Shown: positions 40,003-49,072, counted from the first letter of the stretch. The stretch: DNA of 64,000 bases from Patescibacteria group bacterium (GCA_041661745.1 JBAZTR010000005.1:3283-67282); one strand, 5' to 3'. Made by a program: numbers and translations. Notes: generated from the letters alone by a model not told the origin.

Positions 40003-41573
40003 ATTTCTTCTTTCTTTTCTCGTAAAAATGCCAACCAACCTTCAATAAGTTTTATGGCCGCTTTAAACGGCGCTTCAATAATAAAATCTAAAAAGAAAAG
40101 AAGAATGTTTACGCGCGGGGCGCGCATACTAATCCAACGACCGGCCCGAACAATCGGCAAAAAGAAAATGTCAAAAATGGCGCTGCCCACCCCACCCGAA
40201 CCCTCGACCATAACCAGCTCGCGACGACTGCCGCGAATTCGGAAGCCAAAAAAGGTGACCAGAGACAAAAAGAACAAAAAGAAAAAAATGGAAACCGCAT
40301 TAAAACCAAAGGATTGGAGGAAATATGAGATTACGCCGACGAACAACAAAAACATTAGAGCGTACAAAATACCAAAAATTATGCCCATGCCACCCTTGGC
40401 CCACGGTCGCCGCAAAGAAAACTTTAAAGGCTTGGGTGAATCAAAACCAAGCACCGAGCGCAACTCGCCAATTAAAAGTTCAGTGTTCTTTTTTTCCGGA
40501 ATATTAATGGTCATGCTGATAATAACCAACAACATCGGATGGAATAAAATATTGGTTAAAAGTGGCGTCCACCCGGCATCTTTGGCAACCAAACGATCAT
40601 ACGGCAATTCAACTAGTAAAGCTAAAATTGATTTTGTTAGTAAAATGAAAACAACGGCCCGCAAAATACTGCGACCGATGCGGGTACGAAAATAATCATA
40701 ACGCTTGGCCGCAGCTTCGGCCACGACCGCGCTAAAACGTGCCTCGTCGGCCAAAACCTCGTCAATTTCATCAATATACTTTTCGGCCACATCGCGGAAA
40801 ATTTTAAAAGCCACGGAACGTTGGCGAACAAAACGGAATAAACGTTCACTGGCCGGATGTGACAATTGTTTTTCAACCGCTTCAATAACTTGAGGAAGTC
40901 GATTGGCCACGCGATTAACCAACTCTGGGGTAGGATTTTTAGACCATTCTGGAAAATACAGCGAAAAAACGCGATACCTTAAGGTGGCTAAATTTGATTT
41001 TAAAACAGCTCGGTGAACAGCAATGTACAGCTGTAATTCCTGATCCTCTGATTTAACCACGCCGGTTGACCAAGTCATGCGGCCTTTCAAATTTTGGTAA
41101 GCCAAACTAACCAAAGCTTCATCAACCGTAGGCTGACAGAGTTTGTATTCAATTTCCGTGGAAAGAACATCAAGAAGCCACAAGTTAAAACGTTGTGTAT
41201 CACGACCAGCCTCTTCGGCCTGCGCGAAAAGCGGCTGAAATTTACGAAAGACACTGGCCACTTCGTCCAAAATTTTTGTTGAAACAAAATTATTGGGAAA
41301 ATAACGGGCCCAAATAAGTTCGTGAATCAAATCCGAAGATAACGCCACCACATCTTCCTCGCCAAAACGTCTTTTTAAAATACGACGAATAGCATTGCGT
41401 CTAAGCAAATGCTCTTCATCGTATTCCAAAGCATTTCTAACATTTTCGTAAACACTGGCGGCCGCGGAAACCGTGTCGCTAACCGCAATGACTTCACCCT
41501 CGGGTTTAGTCTCTTTGGCGATTTTAGCTTCGCGCACCGTGGCAAAAAAAGCACGTAAATATGTGTCTTCCAT
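39999..41573 (-). CDS. Hypothetical protein with a C-terminal polytopic membrane domain (524 aa)
   Basis: A long soluble N-terminal region, then ~4-5 TM helices. No recognisable catalytic motif. Confidence 0.4.
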   Translation of the reverse strand: MEDTYLRAFFATVREAKIAKETKPEGEVIAVSDTVSAAASVYENVRNALEYDEEHLLRRNAIRRILKRRFGEEDVVALSSDLIHELIWARYFPNNFVSTKILDEVASVFRKFQPLFAQAEEAGRDTQRFNLWLLDVLSTEIEYKLCQPTVDEALVSLAYQNLKGRMTWSTGVVKSEDQELQLYIAVHRAVLKSNLATLRYRVFSLYFPEWSKNPTPELVNRVANRLPQVIEAVEKQLSHPASERLFRFVRQRSVAFKIFRDVAEKYIDEIDEVLADEARFSAVVAEAAAKRYDYFRTRIGRSILRAVVFILLTKSILALLVELPYDRLVAKDAGWTPLLTNILFHPMLLVIISMTINIPEKKNTELLIGELRSVLGFDSPKPLKFSLRRPWAKGGMGIIFGILYALMFLLFVGVISYFLQSFGFNAVSIFFFLFFLSLVTFFGFRIRGSRRELVMVEGSGGVGSAIFDIFFLPIVRAGRWISMRAPRVNILLFFLDFIIEAPFKAAIKLIEGWLAFLREKKEEI

Positions 41574-41620
41574 AGCGGCTAATATTGTACCTCGTTTCCA
41601 AATTTGGTGGAAGTCTTAAT

Positions 41621-42379
41621 TTATTTTATGAAGGCGTAATCACTCCACCACTTCTTGTTGTATTCCAGGGCTTCGGCCGACTGTTCCGACGGTCTGGGTG
41701 GCAAAGCTGTGGCAATCCCAGTAAAAGCAGTGTAAAGAACCGGAGGTCTGTCAGGTCTCTTCTTAACAGTAATAATCAAGTTGTCGGTCATCGGCACTTC
41801 AACTCCCGAAACAACGTTAACTTTTATTCTATCAACCGCCTGCCCAGCCCCGCGCCACTCTTCAGACACTCTATCAGCAATCTCGGGAGTAATTTTTACA
41901 AGCGAAGCTGTGCCTAATTTTTCGGCCACGGGAATACCAAAATTGTCTTTATCTTCTGGAGTTACAACAACTCTAAAATCAACGCTCATGTTCCCGGTAA
42001 TTGGATCTTTTATCCAAAACGGAATTTGACCGGTGGCTAAGATTGTCTTAATTTTCTCTAAACAAAAAGAAACAATTTTTTCCGGATTATTTATGGTCGG
42101 ATTGAATTTTGAACCAGCCGTCGCTAATTGACTAGCTAAAAAGTCGTCATCAATCGTTCGATGTTCAGAACCATCTAAAAAATCTTGACCAATCAACCTT
42201 GACTGTGCCTCTCGGGAAAGTGAAACCAGATGCCTAGCAATATGAATTAGACTTTCGGTGGTAATTTTAATACTTTCCAAATCAGCCTGCTCAAAAACTC
42301 CAACTTTTTCGCCATACTGACGAATACCGTCTTGCTCAAAGTAATCTTCTGGTCTATTTGTTTGTTCCTTTTCCACCAT
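41621..42379 (-). CDS. Hypothetical protein (~253 aa)
   Basis: The likely start is MVEKEQ at 42379; the track ORF extends 32 codons upstream and overlaps the preceding gene. No recognised domain. Confidence 0.35.
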   Translation of the reverse strand: MVEKEQTNRPEDYFEQDGIRQYGEKVGVFEQADLESIKITTESLIHIARHLVSLSREAQSRLIGQDFLDGSEHRTIDDDFLASQLATAGSKFNPTINNPEKIVSFCLEKIKTILATGQIPFWIKDPITGNMSVDFRVVVTPEDKDNFGIPVAEKLGTASLVKITPEIADRVSEEWRGAGQAVDRIKVNVVSGVEVPMTDNLIITVKKRPDRPPVLYTAFTGIATALPPRPSEQSAEALEYNKKWWSDYAFIK

Positions 42380-42383
42380 ATTT

Positions 42384-43721
42384 CTAAACAATGAGCGGCA
42401 ACCTTTCCAATTCGCTCTGACGACGTCCCAAAACAATTTCTTCAATGCGATAAGTACCGTGCGTTGGAGCTTCAATATAACCGCTCCAGGCCATGCGGGC
42501 TAAACCACCGGAGTTAATCCAGTCAAACAGCCATTCGTCGGTATAACGCGGGTCGTCTTGAGCCACGCCGCCACCGACATAGCGAAGCCACAAGCGATTG
42601 AACTCTTCTTGACTGCCAATTGGCGGCGCCATAACTAAAGCTAAACCTAAACCGGTATAGAAAGAAAGTTCACTTGGTTTAGTCCAAAGAATATCGGTGT
42701 TTTTAAGAATTTCGGTAAAGCCGTCAAAATATTTGGCCCGTGAATCAAAGGTTGGAATATAAAGTCCGTCGCCCTGGTGTTGTTTAAGGCCAATTTCCTC
42801 GGCTGCCTCACGATAATACTTAGCCACGTCGTGTCTGGTTCCGGCAATCAAGTTTAAACGAATTTCATCTTTTAAAATATGCTTCTTTAAACTTTTTAAA
42901 ACTTGCACGCCAAGCGCCTTTTGTGCCCCGGCTCCGCCGACTGAATAAGTTATGGTTAAAGGATGATTAGGACGGCGGCGTAAGCGATTCCAACCAAACT
43001 CTTTTAACAAAACATTTTTATAACGTGAACGGAAAATGTTTTTCGGATCAAGGTTAACCAAACGCTCGGCTAATAAATCTTTAAGTGCCCCGGATTTGGA
43101 ACCGCCAATTAATTCCTTAGGCAAAGGAAAACCAGTGAGAAAAATATTCTCCTCACGCACACCGTAAAGTTTTAAGCGTTCAACCACCCGACCGTTGCTA
43201 GCAAAATATTTAATCCGCGACTTTTGGGGATTAAGCGGGGCCCAAGTCCGCGAAATATCAGCGTCGCAAGTAACACAATAAATTTCCCCGGGGTAATCAA
43301 AATGTTCAGCCGCGAAAGCCGGCAAAAAGAAAGTGGTAACTAAAGGCAGTGGATTTTTAGCCAAGGTTTCAACAAGATCACGCCCCATTTCGTGTTTTTG
43401 GATATACCGATAGAGCTGTTTTAATTGTAGGTTTGGTTCAGATAAGTCTCGTCGCGGATAAAAAGACGGGATTTCCTGTAAATAATCCATGGCCTCAAAC
43501 AAAAACTTTCCAAACAACGGAATTGGTTTAAGACGAGAAATGGTTTCGTATAATTCGCGACTTTGCCGCCAAAGTTTTTTATCCTCGGTTGGTATGCCCC
43601 GATATTCATTGGCGGAAATTACTTCACCGCCCGAAAGATCACGGAGCGGCCAGGCGGCTCGCGAATGACCGTAACCCATGTTTACATCAACAACGTGAGC
43701 TTTTTTTGTTTCGGTTTTCAT
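42384..43721 (-). CDS. GT-B fold glycosyltransferase-like protein (MurG/UgtP/MGDG-synthase-like C-terminal half)
   Basis: ITYSVGGAGAQKALG (like the MurG GGSQGA loop) and a C-terminal ...TKPSELSFYTGLGLALVMAPPIGSQEEFN (like the MurG E/NA..L region). The N-terminal half is not recognisable. Confidence 0.4.
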   Translation of the reverse strand: MKTETKKAHVVDVNMGYGHSRAAWPLRDLSGGEVISANEYRGIPTEDKKLWRQSRELYETISRLKPIPLFGKFLFEAMDYLQEIPSFYPRRDLSEPNLQLKQLYRYIQKHEMGRDLVETLAKNPLPLVTTFFLPAFAAEHFDYPGEIYCVTCDADISRTWAPLNPQKSRIKYFASNGRVVERLKLYGVREENIFLTGFPLPKELIGGSKSGALKDLLAERLVNLDPKNIFRSRYKNVLLKEFGWNRLRRRPNHPLTITYSVGGAGAQKALGVQVLKSLKKHILKDEIRLNLIAGTRHDVAKYYREAAEEIGLKQHQGDGLYIPTFDSRAKYFDGFTEILKNTDILWTKPSELSFYTGLGLALVMAPPIGSQEEFNRLWLRYVGGGVAQDDPRYTDEWLFDWINSGGLARMAWSGYIEAPTHGTYRIEEIVLGRRQSELERLPLIV

Positions 43722-43724
43722 ATT

Positions 43725-44438
43725 TTAAAAAATCGTTCTTTCTTTTGAGTTCTTAATCAAGGCGTAAGCTTCTTCGGCCGTATCAACAACAGTGAAGAGT
43801 TTGGTGTCATTGACATCAATGGCGTCAAACTTTTCGCAAACATCTTTTTTGATCCAATTGACCAGCGGATCCCAAAACTCGTGGCCTAAACAAATCATGG
43901 GAACCTTTTGCGCTTTTCCGGTTTGAATTAACATGACCATTTCAAAAAATTCATCAAGCGTGCCAAAACCACCGGGGCAAAAAACATAAGCCTGAGCCGA
44001 AGCGGCCATCATGACTTTTCGGGTGAAAAAATAATAGAAAGCCCGACCTTCTTTAACATAATCATTCATGCGCTGTTTGGTTGGCAATTGAATATTTAAA
44101 CCAATTGATTGTCCGCCGGCTTCAAAAGCCCCCTTGTTGGCGGCTTCCATAATTCCCGGACCACCACCGGTAATGACGGCAAATTTATTTTTAGCCAAAA
44201 GTCGACCCAGTTTTTCGGTTTCCTTATACCAACGATTATTTTTATCAAGCCGTGCTGAACCAAAAATTGTCACCTCGCGTGAAGTTTCCGACAAAAACTG
44301 AAAACCTTCAACAAATTCGGCCATAATGCGAAAAACGCGCCAAGGAATGTCGGCCATGGTCGCCGGCGGCCGGCCGTCGTTCATAGCATCGGGAAAACGA
44401 CAGGTGTTGTCATTATTTTTTTGTTTCTTTGTCGCCAT
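43725..44438 (-). CDS. LOG-family / TIGR00730 Rossmann-fold nucleotide-binding protein (cytokinin riboside 5'-monophosphate phosphoribohydrolase-like)
   Basis: ITGGGPGIMEAANKGA...PGGFGTLDEFFE are the signature motifs. Confidence 0.8.
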   Translation of the reverse strand: MATKKQKNNDNTCRFPDAMNDGRPPATMADIPWRVFRIMAEFVEGFQFLSETSREVTIFGSARLDKNNRWYKETEKLGRLLAKNKFAVITGGGPGIMEAANKGAFEAGGQSIGLNIQLPTKQRMNDYVKEGRAFYYFFTRKVMMAASAQAYVFCPGGFGTLDEFFEMVMLIQTGKAQKVPMICLGHEFWDPLVNWIKKDVCEKFDAIDVNDTKLFTVVDTAEEAYALIKNSKERTIF

Positions 44439-44450
44439 AATTTCTATTTT

Positions 44451-45032
44451 TTAAATTTTTAAGAATTGATGAAGAATTTTATCGGCAGCCGCGGCCACTT
44501 CGGGAAACGGCGGTGATCCATCTATAATAGCATCGGCCGACGATCGATACGGTGTTATGAACTGCCGCGCGGCCGGCACCACTACCCGCCAATGATATTC
44601 CGTGTCGTAACCGGGCTGGCGAAGCAATCGCCGGCGCAAAGCTTCTTCTTCGGAAACTTCGAGCCACAAACGAAGATCAAACAAGTTTCGAATTCGCTCA
44701 TCGGAAAAAAGCATTATTCCTTCGGCAAAAATTATCGGGAAAGGGGTAAAAATTGTTTTTCCAACGCGTCGACTTTCTTTACGACTGTAAAGTGGCGACC
44801 AGATTTCGTTTCCCTTCTTTAATTCCACCAATGCCTCATAAGCCTCATCAAGATGAAAACTTTCAGGAATGTCCCAATGCGGCCGGTTTTCAACTCTTGG
44901 ACATTCGTCTTCGTCCTTATAAAAATCATCGAAACGAAAACGCTTGACTCCACCCTGGCTTTCTAAATGCTGAGCCAAAGTTGATTTGCCTGCCCCAGAG
45001 AAACCGGCTAGTCCGACAAGAAATGGAATCAT
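44451..45032 (-). CDS. P-loop nucleoside/nucleotide kinase (uridine kinase/PRK family-like)
   Basis: Walker A GLAGFSGAGKSTLA with a uridine-kinase-like architecture. Confidence 0.55.
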   Translation of the reverse strand: MIPFLVGLAGFSGAGKSTLAQHLESQGGVKRFRFDDFYKDEDECPRVENRPHWDIPESFHLDEAYEALVELKKGNEIWSPLYSRKESRRVGKTIFTPFPIIFAEGIMLFSDERIRNLFDLRLWLEVSEEEALRRRLLRQPGYDTEYHWRVVVPAARQFITPYRSSADAIIDGSPPFPEVAAAADKILHQFLKI

Positions 45033-45038
45033 AAACGT

Positions 45039-45470
45039 TTACTTCCTCCGATATTTTCCAATAAGTTCGGCTTTCCCCAACATGTTTTGTTCCATAACGG
45101 AAACAAAATTTTCCTTAGTGATATTTTCCACGTGTCCAGTCTTCAGGGCATACACAGTAAAAACGTAATGGTGGGTACCTTTCATGGGACAAGGCCCGCC
45201 ATAGCCGCGACCAGAAAAATCGTTTTTTAAATCATCACCACCGGTTTTTCCACCTTGCGAAATTTCTCGCGTCATCGCTGGAACATTAACGACTAACCAA
45301 TGCAAAAAGTTTCCCGAAGGCGAATCAGGGTCAAAACAGGATAAAGCAAAACTTTTCGTGCCCTCGGGAACATCGCTCCACTCCAAATGTGGCGAGACAT
45401 TGGCCCCATCACAAGTATGCAGAGCCGGGATAGCACCATCGGGTTTAATATCAACACTTTCTAAAATCAT
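45039..45470 (-). CDS. YbhB/YbcL-family phosphatidylethanolamine-binding protein (PEBP/RKIP-like)
   Basis: SPHLEWSDVPEGTKSFALSCFDPDSPSG...HWLV and GY.GP.P...HHYVFTVYAL are the PEBP signatures. The likely start is the internal MILESVD. Confidence 0.8.
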   Translation of the reverse strand: MILESVDIKPDGAIPALHTCDGANVSPHLEWSDVPEGTKSFALSCFDPDSPSGNFLHWLVVNVPAMTREISQGGKTGGDDLKNDFSGRGYGGPCPMKGTHHYVFTVYALKTGHVENITKENFVSVMEQNMLGKAELIGKYRRK

Positions 45471-45502
45471 AGCGACTTTATTGTACCTTGTTGGACAGGG
45501 TG

Positions 45503-45570
45503 TGTTCAATAGCAATCCTCCACCCCAACCCTCCCCCAATAGGGGAGGGAGAACCAGTTTCAGAGGAAGG
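45503..45570. repeat. GC hairpin repeat, left flank of DUF559 gene 2 (direct copy of 45943-46000)
   Basis: AATCCTCCACCCCAACCCTCCCCCAATAGGGGAGGGAGAACCAGTTTCAGA matches the right-flank copy at about 90%. Confidence 0.55.
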
Positions 45571-45576
45571 ACTAAA

Positions 45577-45954
45577 CTAAAGATTTTCCTTTATTTTCTT
45601 GACTACTGCTTCTGGATTATCCAAAACTTCTTCGTTCTTAAAGTGCAGAATCTTAAAACCCAAACCTTTTAAGTCTTCACTTCGGATTAAATCGTATTCG
45701 GCAATATCTTTCTTTAAATGAATCTTTCCATCTAATTCAATGACTAATTTTTTGCTTCGACAACAAAAATCAACAATATATCTGCCAATACCAACTTGCC
45801 GATAAAAAATAGCCCCCAGCTCTTTACGACGCAAATACTGCCAAAGAACAACTTCGGCGTCGGTTTGGTTATTTCTTAAAACTCTCCGAGTTTCTTTAAG
45901 CTTACTAGAATTAAAAACCTGTTTGTCGGACATAATATTAATCCTCCTCCCCAT
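45577..45954 (-). CDS. DUF559 endonuclease-domain protein (paralog of 28996-29418)
   Basis: AEVVLWQYLRRKELGAIFYRQVGIGRYIVDFCCRSKKLVIELDGKIH...GFKILHF is collinear with the first DUF559 protein. Confidence 0.75.
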   Translation of the reverse strand: MGRRINIMSDKQVFNSSKLKETRRVLRNNQTDAEVVLWQYLRRKELGAIFYRQVGIGRYIVDFCCRSKKLVIELDGKIHLKKDIAEYDLIRSEDLKGLGFKILHFKNEEVLDNPEAVVKKIKENL

Positions 45955-46033
45955 CCCTCCCCCAATGGGGGAGGGAGAGCTGATTTCAGACGCCGGTCTT
46001 CCCCTCCCTTTGGGAGGGGATAAGAGAGGAAGG
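45943..46033. repeat. GC hairpin repeat, right flank of DUF559 gene 2, plus a second TCTTCCCCTCCC-TTT-GGGAGGGGA hairpin
   Basis: AATCCTCCTCCCCATCCCTCCCCCAATGGGGGAGGGAGAGCTGATTTCAGA is followed by CGGTCTTCCCCTCCCTTTGGGAGGGGATAAGAG. Confidence 0.55.
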
Positions 46034-46035
46034 AT

Positions 46036-47163
46036 TTAAAATTCTTCCTCAATGGCCTGAATTAAGGTTTTCATCCCCAGGCCCTTCTCGGCCGAAACAA
46101 AGACCGGGTTATAGGTTTTCCATCTTTTAGCAATAGTACTGAAATCTGTTTTTGAACAAAGGTCGATTTTGTTAAAAACGTAAAGTTTGGGCGTTTTTTC
46201 CACACCCAATTCACACAAAACTTTTTCCACCACGGCTATTTTGAAACGCATCATGGGGTCGGAAACATCAATAACATGGAGCAGTAGATCAGATTCGACA
46301 GCTTCGGACAAAGTTGATTTGAAAGCATGAAGAAGTTCGGGTGGAAGATTTTTAATAAAACCAATAGTGTCGGAAACCAAGGCCTGTTCGTGGCGCTCGG
46401 GTAAATACAATTGACCAACGCGGGTGTCGAGAGTGGCAAAAAGTTTATTAGCCACGTATTCATGGCGGCCGGTAAGGGTATTCAAAAGCGAAGTTTTACC
46501 GGCATTGGTATAACCAACAACCGAAATCGTTTTTAAACCGCGACGCCGACGATCTTGACGATGTCCGGCCCGAACGTTTTCGTATTGCTTAATTTTTTCG
46601 ACAATAGTACGTTCGCGTTCTTTTAAGTGGCGCTTCATGCGTTCGATGTTGGTTTCGCCAATACCGCTGGTACCAATACCGCCACCTTGGCGCGATAATT
46701 CTAGCCCCATGCGAAAAATGCGCGGCCCCATGTGGCGAATGCCGGCCAATTCGATTTCCAATCGCGCTTCAGTGGTTTGAGCGTGTTTGGCAAAAATTTT
46801 CAAAATCAAATCCAGCCGGTCCCAAACCTCTACCCCGGCTGGTTTTAAAATTTCCTGGAGTTCGTACATTTGCCTGGGCTTTAGACGGTCGTTGACAATC
46901 AAAAATTTGGCGCCCAAGGTTCGACCCTCGTCGCTTAATTCGGCAGCCTTGCCCGGACCAATGAAAGTGCGTGGATGCGGGGCAAAACGCCGTTGATATT
47001 TTTTAACAATTACCAAACCGCCGAAAGTGTTAACCAACTCTTCCAGCTCACGCAAACGCTCCTCACTCTGCGCCGCCCGCATGCGCGGGTGAATCAGATC
47101 GATAAGAATGGCCTTTCCGGCGAAGCCGGATCCGGCTCCGCCGGATTTCTTTTCTGGAGTCAT
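46036..47163 (-). CDS. hflX: GTPase HflX
   Basis: The HflX N-terminal domain is followed by a G domain (ISVVGYTNAGKTSLLN, DTIGF, NKID). Confidence 0.85.
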   Translation of the reverse strand: MTPEKKSGGAGSGFAGKAILIDLIHPRMRAAQSEERLRELEELVNTFGGLVIVKKYQRRFAPHPRTFIGPGKAAELSDEGRTLGAKFLIVNDRLKPRQMYELQEILKPAGVEVWDRLDLILKIFAKHAQTTEARLEIELAGIRHMGPRIFRMGLELSRQGGGIGTSGIGETNIERMKRHLKERERTIVEKIKQYENVRAGHRQDRRRRGLKTISVVGYTNAGKTSLLNTLTGRHEYVANKLFATLDTRVGQLYLPERHEQALVSDTIGFIKNLPPELLHAFKSTLSEAVESDLLLHVIDVSDPMMRFKIAVVEKVLCELGVEKTPKLYVFNKIDLCSKTDFSTIAKRWKTYNPVFVSAEKGLGMKTLIQAIEEEF

Positions 47164-47180
47164 GGCTCCATGATATCACA

Positions 47181-47209
47181 TTGACAATTATAGATAATTA
47201 TACTAATAT
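47181..47209 (+). promoter_or_regulatory. Sigma70-type promoter of island-5 gene A (TTGACA-N17-TAATAT)
   Basis: TTGACA lies at 47181-47186 and TAATAT at 47204-47209 with an exact 17-nt spacer in an AT-rich block. The GC-rich leader begins right after the -10 hexamer. Confidence 0.5.
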
Positions 47210-47283
47210 TCTCTTCCTTGCCATTCAGGGTCTGGCTGGGATTTGTTCTCTTAACAACGACCCTATACAACACAGGTGAATAA

Positions 47284-48132
47284 ATGCGAGGCAACGCCGC
47301 GGCCCTCAAGAAACTCGTTCCCACCGTCTTCGCCGACAGCAAGGTCCGGTTCGACGAGAACACCGGCGAGCCCATCCTGGTCGTCAGGATCGTGAAGAAG
47401 GTCACCACCCAGCTCGCGAGGGAGATCAGGGTTCTGGTCATCACGACCGAGCCCGAACTCAACACCAAGGGCATGGCCGAGAAGCTCAACTCCTTCGCCT
47501 TCGACGACGAGAAGATCTACGAGCTCCACTTCGACCGGGACGGCCTCAAGACCTGCCTGGTCGATGACGTGGTCGTCGAGGCCACCAAGAACCCGGGGCT
47601 CCGGGAATTCCTCTCGCACTACTTCCACAACTGCTGCACCGCGGTCAGCGACCTCGACAAGACGCTGGGACGCCTCCCCTCGGTGGAGCAGCTCACCGGG
47701 GACATCGAACGCGAAGTCGAGCCGCGACTCGTGGAAGCCTTCACCAAGGGCAACCCGGTCGCCTTCGTCACCGGCCCGACCAACATCGTGCCGATCTGCC
47801 CCTGCAAGGCAACGATGCTCGACCCCTTGTTCCTCGACGTCCTCGGCATGGTCGGCGGCGAGGAGCTCAAGACCCTCAACAAGAAGCGAGCCGAGCTCGA
47901 GGCGATGGCCCGGGACAAGGCGACTCTCGTTACCATCGTCCCTGTGGAGTGCCGCAACATCTTCTTCAACCTCGCCGCCACGATCATCGTCGCAGCGATC
48001 GAGGCCCTGCTCCCGGACATCGTCCAGGCCGAGCAGGACAAGATCGCGGTCAACGCGGGGGCGGCCATCGCGGCCCTCCACGACGCACGGCGCGCGACCG
48101 CCGAGGCCAGCACCGACATGACCGAGGCCTAG
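47284..48132 (+). CDS. Hypothetical protein, high-GC island 5 paralog A (282 aa; HNCC and PICPCK Cys motifs)
   Basis: The ATG is preceded by AGGTGAATAA. Composition is balanced and third-codon positions are almost all G/C. It is homologous over most of its length to the next gene. The antisense ORFs (47263-48174 minus, 47564-48121 plus) are artifacts. Confidence 0.5.
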   Translation: MRGNAAALKKLVPTVFADSKVRFDENTGEPILVVRIVKKVTTQLAREIRVLVITTEPELNTKGMAEKLNSFAFDDEKIYELHFDRDGLKTCLVDDVVVEATKNPGLREFLSHYFHNCCTAVSDLDKTLGRLPSVEQLTGDIEREVEPRLVEAFTKGNPVAFVTGPTNIVPICPCKATMLDPLFLDVLGMVGGEELKTLNKKRAELEAMARDKATLVTIVPVECRNIFFNLAATIIVAAIEALLPDIVQAEQDKIAVNAGAAIAALHDARRATAEASTDMTEA

Positions 48133-48233
48133 CCCAGGCCCACGTTCCCGCTTCTTCAGAAGAAGCCACGGCAACTCTTGCCGCGCGCTCTATGGAGAAG
48201 TGGTTTTTTATTTTAGAAAACAACAACGCGGCG

Positions 48234-48262
48234 TTGACAAGGCCGGGGAAATATTATAATCT
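48234..48262 (+). promoter_or_regulatory. Sigma70-type promoter of island-5 gene B (TTGACA-N17-TAATCT)
   Basis: TTGACA lies at 48234-48239 and TAATCT at 48257-48262 with a 17-nt spacer. The leader that follows is homologous to the gene A leader (GCCATAAGGGGTCTGGCGTGGGTTGTTCC versus GCCATTCAGGGTCTGGCTGGGATTTGTTC). Confidence 0.5.
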
Positions 48263-48340
48263 TTTCCTCCTGCCATAAGGGGTCTGGCGTGGGTTGTTCC
48301 TAAAAATTTGACTGACCCCAACCTTTGTTCGGAGGTTCCC

Positions 48341-49072
48341 GTGCTAACTTCCCTAGCGTCGCTCGTTGCTCTCGTCCCGGAGGTCTTCACCAACCTCGGG
48401 ATCACCTTCGATCCCGAGACCAACGCGCCTCTCCTGGTCGTCAAGATCGTGAAGCGGGACGGTGTCCTGACTCTCACGACCGAACCCGAATTCGACACCA
48501 AGGGCATGACCGAGAAGCTCGACCCCACATCCTTCGAGGAGGGAGTCGTCTACGAACTCCAGTTCGGCCCGAAAGAAATGGGAATCTACTCAGTCGACGG
48601 CGTGGTCACCAACTCCAGTATCAACCCCGGTCTCCAAGAACTGGGCGTGCACCTCTACTACCACGGCTGTTGCGCGGCCGGCGACCTCGACAAAACACTG
48701 AGATGTCTCCCGTCGGTTGAGAATCTCACCGAGAGTCTCGGCGTCAGCGTCGAGAGATACCTCATGAAGGCCCTCAACGAGAACGACACGGATGCCTTCG
48801 TCACCGGACCGATCGGCAACTGGGCGATCTTCGAGAAGGAGGCAGTGGACGGGGATATGGAGGCTATCACCATCCCCATCCCACTGGAGCGCGAGAACAT
48901 GTTCTACAGCCTCGCAGTCACGATCCTCGTCGCGGTGTTCGAAGCTTTGTTTCCAGACATCGTCCGAGCGCAGCAGATGGCCATCATAGACAGGACCGAG
49001 AGGATCCTCGTGGCCGCGCGGAAGAAGCTCTGCCCGCATCCGCCGGACGACACACCGTACCGCGTCAGATGA
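48341..49072 (+). CDS. Hypothetical protein, high-GC island 5 paralog B (~243 aa; HGCC Cys motif)
   Basis: A GTG at 48341 is preceded by GGAGG 5 nt upstream, and from there the product aligns with the paralog A N-terminus (LVPEVF/LVPTVF ... LLVVKIVK/ILVVRIVK ... GDLDKTLRCLPSVENLT/SDLDKTLGRLPSVEQLT). The track ORF starts at a TTG at 48308. Confidence 0.5.
   Translation: MLTSLASLVALVPEVFTNLGITFDPETNAPLLVVKIVKRDGVLTLTTEPEFDTKGMTEKLDPTSFEEGVVYELQFGPKEMGIYSVDGVVTNSSINPGLQELGVHLYYHGCCAAGDLDKTLRCLPSVENLTESLGVSVERYLMKALNENDTDAFVTGPIGNWAIFEKEAVDGDMEAITIPIPLERENMFYSLAVTILVAVFEALFPDIVRAQQMAIIDRTERILVAARKKLCPHPPDDTPYRVR

Noticed and set aside
47263-48174. Long ORFs on the opposite or overlapping frames of the GC-island genes. 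Examples: 47263-48174 minus, 47564-48121 plus, 47619-48119 minus, 48590-49039 minus, 31239-32126 minus, 31479-32134 plus, 7731-8312 plus, 16474-16806 plus.
   Set aside because: They are extremely R/G/P/A/L-rich and lack Lys/Ile/Asn, which is typical of stop-codon-poor antisense frames in high-GC DNA. The sense-strand partners have balanced composition and their own RBS and promoter.
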